Below are positions 12,095-21,744 of a stretch of DNA of 43,761 nucleotides, piece by piece. The stretch lies in contig NIVC01004506.1 in NCBI GenBank assembly GCA_002269645.1, positions 1 to 43,761 on the forward strand. Reading direction: 5' to 3'. The stretch comes from Macrostomum lignano (lineage: Eukaryota). The notes below the pieces were generated by a model that saw nothing but the letters and a program-made list of their open reading frames with translations, did no database searches and was not told where the DNA came from. The position numbers and the translations under genes were made by a program. Position 1 is the first letter of the stretch. Each line of letters begins with the position of its first letter.

Positions 12095-13009
12095 TCAAGC
12101 GACCGACGCATTGACGCCTTCATCATCAGCAGCCTCCGGCGACGCCGCGGCAATCCCAGCGATGGTGTTTCTAGTGGCATCTTTCCTGACTCCGGCCTGC
12201 TGTCTGGGATCTGCTGCTGCTGTCCAGAGGGCGTCGTGCCTGCCTCCGGCCAGGTGCAGCCTCTGGCAGGCCCGGTAGGCCAGGCTGCAGGCGGGGTAGC
12301 AGCACAGGCAGGGCACAAACAAGGCCAGCAGGCAAACGCAGCTCCAGGCCTTCAGCCGGTCCAGCAGACTCGACCGGGCGTCACCGTCGTTTTCGTCGTC
12401 TTCTTCGTCGTAGTCGTCGGCTTCGTTGCCGTTGACTCCCGCGTCGGCGGCGTGACCGACTTTGCCGTGGTTGTCATCCTCGCCGCAGCTGTTGGCCTCC
12501 GAGTCGCCTTGCCGGGCCGACCTGCCGCGACCAACCAGCAACTGGCAGGGGTTGATGTAGTCACCCTCGCTGTCCGCGCAGCAGTGGTAGGACACCCCGT
12601 CGGCCAGCGTCAGGCAGGTCAGGCGCTCGATGCAGACCCTGAGCCGGTCGGGCGCCTCCGGACAGGCACCTTTCAGGTTGCGCCGATCGTCGTAGAGGCG
12701 CAGGCAGTAGCGACACACCTGCTGGTGAATGCGGCCAGCTCGGCTGGAGGAGCCTGCGGCGGCGGCAGCGGTGCTTGCTGACGCGCCGTTGCGCAGAGCG
12801 TCCTGGCGAACCAGCGGCACGGTGTTTCGACGCATCGAAATCCTGTTGGAGTCGCTGCGCACGAGATTGCTGCTGTTGCTGCTTGGCTGCTCCTCCGGGT
12901 GCTGCTGCTGCTGTTGCTGGCCCAGAAGGTGCGGATCAATGTCTGCCGAGGTCAGCGAGGTCACAGACGTCAAAGCCGCCATTGCAGCCGCTTCCGGAGC
13001 AGTTGCCAT
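12095..13009 (-). CDS. SPRED: Spred-like Sprouty (SPR) cysteine-rich domain protein nested antisense in a titin intron
   Basis: ORF 12095..13084 contains CRYC..Y....N..G.C.EAPD....CIE.LTC......YHC..DSEGDY..PC and W.....LALFVPCLCCY...GGRH, the Spred-type C-terminal pattern. A strong acceptor CTTCTCCTTCTAG at 13018-13030 precedes ATG 13009, so the ORF-track start at 13084 is probably intronic. Confidence 0.88.
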   Translation of the reverse strand: MATAPEAAAMAALTSVTSLTSADIDPHLLGQQQQQQHPEEQPSSNSSNLVRSDSNRISMRRNTVPLVRQDALRNGASASTAAAAAGSSSRAGRIHQQVCRYCLRLYDDRRNLKGACPEAPDRLRVCIERLTCLTLADGVSYHCCADSEGDYINPCQLLVGRGRSARQGDSEANSCGEDDNHGKVGHAADAGVNGNEADDYDEEDDENDGDARSSLLDRLKAWSCVCLLALFVPCLCCYPACSLAYRACQRLHLAGGRHDALWTAAADPRQQAGVRKDATRNTIAGIAAASPEAADDEGVNASVA

Positions 13010-14424
13010 TATTGCTACTAGAAGGAGAAGCGTGGAATTGGGGTGTTGATCGGTTCTACAAAGAGGCAATAAATTTGTTGGCATTGCTTATGAAGCTTCT
13101 GGTGGTGTTGAAAAAGCTTCCAAATCCCCTTAGCTCAATTCCATACTTTTACCGTAATCTCAGCACCCCCTCGTCCCAAGTTTTCATCCGCAAATAACCG
13201 CAGCAGCTGAAGTCCTCTCGATAAGTCCTCTCGCGCCTTTACTTCAAAGTAACCTACCTACATGTATAGTTAGTCGCAAAGAGACCCACAAGCCGGAATA
13301 TGAAAATTGAATAGTCCCAGTGGCCCCATAGCCCCCTTCCCGTTCACCTCTTTCACCTTTCTTGCTAGCTTTCTACGTGCCTCGCAACTGTTTCGCATAG
13401 CTTAGCTACTAGGCCTCTTTTGGAACTCGCTTATCTTGCCATTGCTTATCCCAAGTAGCTGGGCGAAGGAATTCCCTCTTTCACCTAACTGCTGGGACTT
13501 TGACAGGTGCTGTTTATCGCTCACTCACCTGCTCACTCTCCCTGTCACTCGTTGCAAAAAAGACAACTTATAGTGCGCTTATTTCTACTTTAGTCCCCGA
13601 CCCAGAGCCGCGAACCCAACTCTGAACCAGTCCGACGACTGACGCTTTCCCGAACTAGTAGTACTTTTCACTGGGGCATGAGCTAAGCTAGACAAGTTTT
13701 CTTCCATGGCCCGAACAAAGTTCAATTGAAAACTGCTTACACGTGTACAAAATCGGAATTGGCTGTAGCTATTGATTTGATTCTTCTGTGTGCCTTTCTC
13801 CCGATTGTGTTTGCACAGTTCAGCTTTCTTCTTCTTCTGTTCCTGTTTCTTCCGTTGCTGGTGGGATGATGCAACTGCTAGGGTTAACTTGCGCGATTCT
13901 GCTTCCCAGCACATCGTCCGTCTTTTAATTCCTCTCGGCAAGCACTCCCCCCCTCCTACTGGCACCCATTATTTTTCAGTCCCGCCTGCAACCCTCGCAG
14001 TTTCTTCATTAACGAGTTCTCTTCTCTGGTTGGCTTAGGCTCCTTTAGCAACGTAGATGGCCGGGGAGAGAGAGAGAGAAAGGGAGCGGGGAGGGCAAAA
14101 CAGATGGGGCGAGGTCCGCCCGCCCTCTTCCCTATCAGGGCTCGGTGTACGCAGGCTGATGAGGAGGCGGAGCCTGTCCAGCTTCATCAAGCTGGGATGT
14201 ATCGCCACCAACGCATTGTTCGACTGCTCATGCAATAGATACGACTCCTAGTTATAGATTTTTCAAACTTACATTACGAGACTAAGCCCAAATAACCTGG
14301 TTTCGATTACGATACCGGCTACGTTAATTAATGACCGATTTGCACTGCAAACATTGTGAACTCATGACTGGTCCTCTGTACCTGAGGACGGTGCCTGCGC
14401 AGTTGTTGCTTAATTTCTTCAGAG

Positions 14425-15010
14425 GAGCGATCGGCAAACTTTCTTACCTCAAGGGCCAGATAAAGAATCCAGCGCAAGGCTGAGGGCCAGAAGAGAGAGA
14501 GGAAAGAATGGGGAAAAGAAAATGAGAGATTAGAGAAAAGAGGAGAAGTGAGGGATGGGATGGGATGAGAGAAAAGATAGAAGATATGAGGAAGAGAGGT
14601 GAGAGAAGAGAGAAGAGAGGAGAGAGGAGAGAGGAGAGAGGAGAGAGGAGAGAGGAGAGAGGAGAGAGGAGAGAGGAGAGAGGAGAGAGGAGAGAGGAGA
14701 GAGGAGAGAAGAGAGAGGAGAGAGGAGAGAGGAGAGAGGAGAGAGGAGAGAGGAGAGAGGAGAGAGGAGAGAAGAGAGAAGAGAGAAGAGAGAGGAGAGA
14801 GGAGAGAGGAGAGAGGAGAGAGGAGAGAGGAGAGAGGAGAGAGGAGAAAGGAGTGAAGGGAGAAGAGAACGGAGAGAGAGAGAGCTAAGAAGAGACACAA
14901 ACCTTGAGGCGGGCCGGATTGCTATTGCAAAGTTCCAAAGGACCCGAGGGCCGGATAGAGAGGCTTCGCTGGTCGCATTTTGCCCTCGGGCCGGAGTTTG
15001 CCGATCCCCG
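14425..15010. mobile_element. Non-autonomous hAT-type (Charlie-like) MITE with an internal microsatellite
   Basis: Inverted ends gagcGATCGGCAAACT (14425-14440) and AGTTTGCCGATCcccg (14995-15010), 12-bp perfect core. Repeated subterminal GGGCCAGA/GGGCCGGA motifs typical of hAT-Charlie MITE ends. No 8-bp target-site duplication found. Confidence 0.65.
14600..14847. repeat. (GGAGAGA)n 7-bp microsatellite
   Basis: Direct repeats; the ORF track shows the 7-aa period GERREER. Confidence 0.95.
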
Positions 15011-15195
15011 TGGTCTTGGTGTTTCTAATAACACATAGTTCGTAACAACTAAAGAAAAGTATTTTTACCTCAGTTCCGACACATTTAGAACAGGTATCTT
15101 AGATTAGAGCCGGTAGCTATGCCATCTCCCGTATTTTTTTAATCGCGTTGACACGAAAACCGTCATTCACACGGCATCAAAACTGTTAATTGCAG

Positions 15196-15319
15196 CATTC
15201 AGACGGTCCGCCGCGGAGGAGCTTCTCCCGGAGGCCGAGCCGCGCGACGGTGCCGGTAGGGCGCCAATTTTCAGTCGGCTGCTTCAGCCGGTTCGGGTGC
15301 ACGAGCTGCAGCCAGTCAG
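15196..15319 (+). CDS. TTN: Titin-like exon, not in the ORF track: (A)FRRSAAEELLPEAEPRDGAGRAPIFSRLLQPVRVHELQPV(R)
   Basis: ttgcag acceptor, AG|GTGAGC donor; phase 1-2 exactly bridges 9928 and 15906 and supplies the missing first strands of an Ig domain. Confidence 0.88.
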
Positions 15320-15513
15320 GTGAGCGGGGCAGCTGCCATCTGGCTTTGCCTTCTGCTGTGTATGCTGCTATTGATTTTTATTTAGCAAATGCGTCAAGTA
15401 TAACTTTTGTAAGTTTATGCACTTTTGGTCTCTGTTTGGTTTCTTCTGCAAGTTTCTTCGGCAAGTTTCTTCGGCTTTCTCTTTCCAACTTTCAAATCCA
15501 ATGTGAGATCGCG

Positions 15514-15860
15514 TCTTATCTCTGGTCTCTCAACTCTACTCTCTTATCTCTGGTCTCTCATCTCTACTCTCTTATCTCTGGTCTCTCATCTCTACTCTCT
15601 TATCTCTGGTCTCTCATCTCTACTTTCTTATTTCTAATCTCTCATCTCTCATCTCTTATTTCTTTCTGGTCTGTCATCTCTACTGTCTTATCTCTGGTCT
15701 CTCATCTCTACTCTCTTATCTCTGGTATCTCATTTCTACTTTCTTATTTCTAATCTCTCACCTCTACTCTCTTATTTATTTCTGGTCTGTCATCTCTACT
15801 CTCTCATCTCTACTGTTTCGTCTCTACTCACATCTCCACTCCCATCTCTAATCTCGAACC
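15514..15860. repeat. 28-bp CT-rich minisatellite (TCTCTTATCTCTGGTCTCTCATCTCTAC), decaying 3-prime
   Basis: Direct repeats; 28-aa period in the spurious ORFs. Confidence 0.9.
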
Positions 15861-15905
15861 TATTTAGCCACTAGCTCTATTCTAGCTCTTCCCATCCGAT
15901 GCCAG

Positions 15906-16197
15906 ACTCCGAGTGGAGTATTTCGGCGATCCGAGTCCCCAGGTGGCTTGGCTAAAAGAAGGCGCACCAATCGAATCCTCACCGGATGTGAGCATCACGT
16001 CGGCGCCGGCCTGGTCCGAGTTGTTCATCCCGTCGGTGGCTCAGTCAGACGCTGGCATGTACACCGCCACGGCGCAGAATCCGCTGGGCGTTGCCAACAC
16101 AAAGGCTCGGCTGACTGTGCTGTCTCCCGAGTCTGGCGGCCCCACCCCGGTCAGGGAGGAGGCGCCGGAGTTCGCCACTTTGATCCGGGATTTGGCT
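15906..16197 (+). CDS. TTN: Titin-like exon: remainder of an Ig domain and start of the next
   Basis: ORF 15913 frame; gccag acceptor (phase 2), GCT|GTAAGT donor. Confidence 0.87.
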
Positions 16198-16318
16198 GTA
16201 AGTGGCCTACTTTACTCGTCTTTCGATACATATCGGTAATGTTGGATTCGGGATTTCTAGAGTTCGTGAACTTTATTGTCTCAGAGGAGCTTTTGCTGTT
16301 GAATACATTGGCTTTGAC

Positions 16319-16550
16319 GTCTAATAAGGTGACAAACAGTGTCTAATAGGGTGACAAACAGTGTCTAATATGGTGACATATGGTGTTTAATAGGGTGACG
16401 TATGGTGTTTAAATGTAATGTCTAATAGGGTGACATACAGTGTCTAATAGGGTGACATAATGGTGTTTAATAGGGTGACATGTAGAGTCTAATAGGGTGA
16501 CATAATGTCTAATAGGCTGATATATAATGTTTAATAGGGTGACTTTAGTG
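16319..16550. repeat. 22-bp minisatellite (GTCTAATAGGGTGACAAACAGT-like), about 10 degenerate copies
   Basis: Direct repeats visible. Confidence 0.88.
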
Positions 16551-17259
16551 TTTAAGAATGTGACCAAGTGCCAATCAATGCCCATGAATTCACGTACAGA
16601 AAAGTTGCACTTGCATTTGTTTAACAGGTAATAAATCTGTTTTCAGTTTTTTTTTTCAGAAAAGCTGCTTTTGCTCCAATCTTTTTCATTTGATAGTGTT
16701 CGCCAGTCTACAATTGTCTAATTGGTATTGAAATATCCTACATAGGGCTACAAGATTCGTTCCCAATGGGCTACCGAGTATCCATAATCTGATGCGCATA
16801 ATCCTCCCCCGTAGGCAATCAGGTGAAATCAGGTCAGTCATTTCTCCCAAATCAAAGAGAACCAAAAGTATTTCAGTATAACTGGGACAGCTGGGAAAGG
16901 GAGAGAGAAGTTCTAATTTTATTACAGTATTTCCCCAGGCTACTTCGCTATTATTCGCCGAATTAGCGAATTAGCGAATTAGCCGAATTAGCCTTTTGTT
17001 CCTTTTTTGTGCTTGCTATGAAAAAAGTTAATGGAGCTAATTCTCCTCGCAACCAAGTGTTTACTCAATACAAGCGAAATACGCTATATACGCAAAATCT
17101 TTCATGAGCCATTTTTACTTATTTTGAGCAGTTCATAATGACTCTACTGGCAGTAGTGCGCATCGAATCTTTCTCAAGATTCCGCGAAGCTGTTCACGTA
17201 ACTTTTAAGTGCTTGCACAGTTTTACATGTCTTTAGATTCACGAGATCAATAATATTTG

Positions 17260-17470
17260 CATGTCACTCTCAGCTCACTCTGCATCTCATGTCACTCTCA
17301 GCTCACTCTGCATCTCATGTCACTCTCAGCTCACTCTGCATCTCATGTCACTCTCAGCTCACTCTGCATCTCATGTCACTCTCAGCTCACTCTGCATCTC
17401 ATGTCACTCTCAGCTCACTCAGCATCTCATGTCACTCTCAGCTCACTCAGATCACTCGGCGTCACTCTCA
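17260..17470. repeat. 28-bp minisatellite (CATGTCACTCTCAGCTCACTCTGCATCT), about 7 copies
   Basis: Nearly perfect direct repeats. Confidence 0.95.
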
Positions 17471-17582
17471 GGAAGTAGAAAAAATTTCAAATCACTCACA
17501 GTTGGTCACTCAGTTTTTTCGTGTCACTAAACTCTCGGGTCTCATGTCTGTCACTAAAGCCGTTGGCCCCTTGCCCTCCCAG

Positions 17583-18302
17583 GTGTCCGCAGGCGAACCG
17601 GTGACCCTGTCATGCACCGTGACCGGCCAGCCAAGGCCCAGCATTCACTGGCGTCACGAGGGCCGCCCGGTGCCCGAGAACTCGCCCACCTGCCGCACCC
17701 TTGTGGAGGAGAGCCAAGCCATGCTCATCATTTTCGAGGCCCAACCGTCGGACGCCGGACGCTACGAGTGCGTGGCCGCCAACCCGTCCGGCCAGGCCGC
17801 CTGCTCTGCGCAGCTGACTGTGCACCCGGCCCTCACGGAGTCGGCCACCGCGCCAGTGTTCGCCAGGCCGCTGCAGAGCCAGACGGCAACAGAGAACCAA
17901 CGAGTAGTGCTCACCTGCCAGGTTGAATCGCAGCCGCCGCCTGAGGTGTCCTGGTACTTCCAGACCAATCAGATTCGACCTTCGAAGTATTTCGAGATTC
18001 TTGAACAGCCAGAGGTCGGGGCTTACAGCCTGGTGGTGACTCGGGCGCACCCCGACGACTCCGGGACCTACACAGCAGTAGCCCGCACCGAGCTGGGAGA
18101 GTCGCGCTCCTCAGCTGTACTGCAGGTGCAGCCGCAGCAGCAACAGCAACAACCAGCCAGAATTGTCAGGCCAATGTCAGCGGAGGTCACCGTCCGCGAA
18201 GGCGACCGCGTCAGCCTGGAGGTTGAAGCGGTTGGCGAGCCCGAGCCGACAGCCGCCTGGTTTCGTGAGGGCACCGAATTGGACAGTTCGCCCGATTTTC
18301 AA
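17583..18302 (+). CDS. TTN: Titin-like exon: Ig domains (one complete, two split by introns) with a poly-Q linker
   Basis: ORF 17289 frame; ctcccag acceptor, CAA|GTGAGT donor; 720 nt, phase 0-0. Confidence 0.92.
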
Positions 18303-18393
18303 GTGAGTCTGGCGACCATTTCTTTACTACTAATAGTAATATAGCTTTTTGCAGCCCATTTGGGCTTACGCGCATTGAATTTAATAAAAAATG

Positions 18394-19135
18394 CGTTTGC
18401 CAATGTAACGAAGCTTTTGTCTATGGTAGCAAGGCTGGCACAGCGGAATTTCATTTGGTCCAACAAGCATCAATTTGGTCCTTTTTTATTAGAGGCAGGG
18501 GGGTTGTGTGGACCCTGGCGCACTTTAAGCGACATGGGCACACAACCGGCGATGCCTTACTGCCCATTCCGCCGACTCCCCTGAGCAGGCATACAAGCGC
18601 GCGGATACTTACGCAGGCACACACTCACACAGGAGTGTACAGCGGCCCTAACTTTATTTTATCGTTAGGCATGTACACTTCACTGCGCCTTGGGGGGTTG
18701 GCTCTCAAGGCCGTTAATTGCACGAGCAGAGCCAAGCCGAGATTCCAATTCAGCCCCAAATTAATGTGACTGCACTTGGAATCGAGCCTGGGCCGCTGGC
18801 AACACCAGAGCAGCTGCGCTACCGCTGGGCTACGGCCTCCTTCAATTTGGTCCATAGCTGAGTTTGCTCCTTCATTTGCAACTGCTGCGGAGGAGCAAGC
18901 TCAGCCCCAGAATTGTAGACCATATGCTAGGCTGTCGAACGAATGCCATTGGCTTGTGATCGAAGCGCTCGACAGAGGTGAACAACCAAAGGACATTGCA
19001 GATGGTTGCGAGAAGGCAAGAGTTTGTCGAATGGCTCACGAGCATTTGGACCAAAGCGATGCTTGTTGGACCAAATTTAATGCGGCTGTGCCAGCCTTGC
19101 TACCATAGACAAAAGCTCCGTTACATTGGCAAACG
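18394..19135. mobile_element. Non-autonomous Tc1/IS630-like DNA transposon with ~80-88 bp terminal inverted repeats
   Basis: 18394-18471 is the reverse complement of 19058-19135 with few mismatches. TA follows the right end and TG precedes the left. The interior encodes RPYARLSNECHWLVIEALDRGEQPKDIA (HTH-like) and ARRQEFVEWL, which I infer are transposase relics. Confidence 0.78.
18482..18841 (-). mobile_element. tRNA-derived SINE, copy 2, inserted into the TIR element
   Basis: A-box TAGCCCAGCGG (18832-18822), B-box GGCTCGATTCC (18788-18778), AATAAAAAA tail (18490-18482), 12-bp target-site duplication TCAATTTGGTCC at 18470-18481 and 18842-18853. Confidence 0.82.
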
Positions 19136-19346
19136 TATAAAAAAGCAGATTTTGGTATTTTGGTTGCTAAATAGACTGTCCTCGAAGCATACGCGAGTTG
19201 TGATAAAATACACAGGGTAGGACTTGAAACCCAAGAAACCGTTTCAGCATTGTAAAAGCTGGAATAGATGGCCTATACAGTATGCCGGGGTTGTTTCTAC
19301 TTCGTATTTCATCCTGTCAGTCACGTATCGCCATAATCTTTCGCAG

Positions 19347-19476
19347 ATTTCAAAGTCTGGCCGGCTGTACGCTCTGATCATTCCGGAGGCGTTTCCTGAG
19401 GACAGCGGCAAATTTCTAGTGCGAGTTGTTAATCCGTTCGGCAAGGACGAGAGCCAGTGCCAGCTAAGGGTGCTCG
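19347..19476 (+). CDS. TTN: Titin-like exon: C-terminal half of an Ig domain
   Basis: ORF 19224 frame ISKSGRLYALIIPEAFPEDSG; tcgcag acceptor, G|GTGAGT donor. Confidence 0.9.
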
Positions 19477-19900
19477 GTGAGTTTAAATAGCATGCCGGAC
19501 ATGAGCTGATGCTAGAGCAATAGAGCATGATTGCCGTGCCGTTTGCAAAGCACAGAGATAATTTAGCGTCATTTTTTAATCCAAGCTGGCTCCTGTACGA
19601 GTGTAATGTGATTTGCGATCAGACTAGACAAATAGGGGTTGCATTGTCCCACGCATTCAAGGCTGCTAAAAATACATTCGTGAGACAATGTGCTTGTACA
19701 GATGGTTCTGTCATGAACAATCAATAAATAATCAGCGGTCCAAGTGCGTGAGTGTTGTCAAGTACTGCGACCGCTGATTCTTTGCATTGTTATGCTGCTT
19801 GACGATCATTGTTTGTAGTAATGGATTGTTCTGCATAAAAAATGTGAATAATTATCGTCAAATTACTAGAAATTGCTAGTCACTTGTTAAAAATTCAATC

Positions 19901-20810
19901 ATTGTCTGCCTCTAAAACCACAGACACAATCTACCATTGTCTGCCTCTAAAACCACAGACACAATCTACCATTGTCTGCCTCTAAAACCATGGGCACAAT
20001 CTACCATTGTCTGCCTCTAAAACCACAGACACAATCTACCATTGTCTGCCTCTAAAACCATGGGCACAATCTACCATTGTCTGCCTCTAAAACCATGGGC
20101 ACAATCTACCATTGTCTGCCTCTAAAACCATAGACACAATCTACCATTGTCTGCCTCTAAAACCATAGACACAATCTACCATTGTCTGCCTCTAAAACCA
20201 CAGACACAATCTACCATTGTCTGCCTCTAAAACCATGGGCACAATCTACCATTGTCTGCCTCTAAAACCATGGGCACAATCTACCATTGTCTGCCTCTAA
20301 AACCATAGACACAACCGACCATTGTCTGCCTCTAAAACCACAGACACAATCTACCATTGTCTGCCTCTAAAACCACAGACACAATCTACCATTGTCTGCC
20401 TCTAAAACCACAGACACAATCTACCATTGTCTGCCTCTAAAACCATGGGCACAATCTACCATTGTCTGCCTCTAAAACCACAGACACAACCGACCATTGT
20501 CTGCCTCTAAAACCACAGACACAATCTACCATTGTCTGCCTCTAAAACCATAGACACAACCGACCATTGTCTGCCTCTAAAACCACAGACACAATCTACC
20601 ATTGTCTGCCTCTAAAACCATAGACACAACCGACCATTGTCTGCCTCTAAAACCACAGACACAATCTACCATTGTCTGCCTCTAAAACCACAGACACGAT
20701 CTACCATTGTCTGCCTCTAAAACCATAGAAACAACCGACCATTGTCTGCCTCTAAAACCATAGAAACAACCGACCATTGTCTGCCTCTAAAACCATAGGC
20801 ACAATCTACC
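19901..20810. repeat. 35-bp minisatellite (ACAGACACAATCTACCATTGTCTGCCTCTAAAACC), about 26 copies
   Basis: Period 35 (cagacacaat at 19921 and 19956); head-to-tail with no unique spacers. Confidence 0.97.
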
Positions 20811-21424
20811 AGATCACATCGCTAATATCAGTCACATGATTTGGTTCAAACGATTTAAACGAATCTTTGTTATCGAAAAACAAGTTAGCGAGCTTTTCGC
20901 CCAAGATTGCCACTCGAACGAACGTGAGATTAAGTGACACTATAGTAGTCCGTGAGTTTTGTATGTTCCAAAGATTATTTTCAGTAAACTTGCATGTAGA
21001 TGGCTTGCTTTTTTAAAGTATGAGTGACTGGCTCCAATCTAGTAGGCAGTTTCTAGTAGAGGCATACCTGCTAGGTAAAGCAGGTAAAGCACGAACTTGT
21101 ATTTAAATTTATCACTCGTTGACTTTTTCATCATGCAATCCACATATACTATATATGTGCAACACGTACGGTACTAGCCAGGTTCAGCATGCCCCATTGC
21201 ATGATTAGCTGTTTGATTCAGCAAGTTCATCTACTGTCTGTCTAAAGACGCTTCATTGCTGTGCCATCTTTAATTCTGCATGGACTTCTAAATAACATTG
21301 GTGAGTTTTTGCACGCTGTTTTATATCCCTTAAATTTTAATGCAATGCTCATAGCGTTCTATAATACTTCGGAGCATCTGGAGGAAAGGGTCGATCACCG
21401 AAATTACAGTTCCAACCTTGCTAA

Positions 21425-21660
21425 GATTCTAATAAAAACTTTATCATTAGCAAGACCACTAGTAGAGTCATTAGCAATATCGTTAGTAGGATCATTAGCA
21501 AAACCATTAGCAGGATCATTAGCAAGACCATTAGTAGGATCACTAGCAAGATCATTAGTAGGATCATTAGCAAGACCATTAGTAGGATCATTAGCAAGAC
21601 CATTAGTAGGATCATTAGCAAGACTATTTGTAGAATCATTAGCAAGACCACTAGTAGGGC
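21425..21660. repeat. 24-bp minisatellite made of two alternating 12-mers (ATTAGCAAGACC / ATTAGTAGGATC)
   Basis: Direct repeats; 8-aa period in the spurious ORFs. Confidence 0.9.
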
Positions 21661-21744
21661 AATCGGCCATTGAATAGTGAATAGTATTCAATTCTCGCTT
21701 ACAGTCGTGAAGCTCAAACGTAAACTAACGCAAAAACATTTCAG

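Noticed and set aside
13585-14235. Minus-strand ORFs 13585..13965 and 14035..14235 as the missing EVH1 domain
   Set aside because: No EVH1 motifs (W.P, Y......F..W, FGLTF); only a vague FVRAMEENL resemblance. Probably UTR or intron.
14448-14479. 32-nt minus-strand coding exon of the Spred-like gene (LRWILYLALE), joinable to 14247
   Set aside because: It lies inside the left end of the hAT MITE, the peptide has no EVH1 similarity, and the splice sites are explained by repeat sequence. Kept only as a cryptic-exon possibility.
19901-20810. CRISPR-like appearance (35-bp partly palindromic repeats)
   Set aside because: Units are head-to-tail with no unique spacers, there are no cas genes, and the context is a eukaryotic intron.
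20934-20945. GTGACACTATAG, matching the 3-prime part of the SP6 promoter
   Set aside because: Only 12 nt match and there is no flanking vector sequence; consistent with chance.
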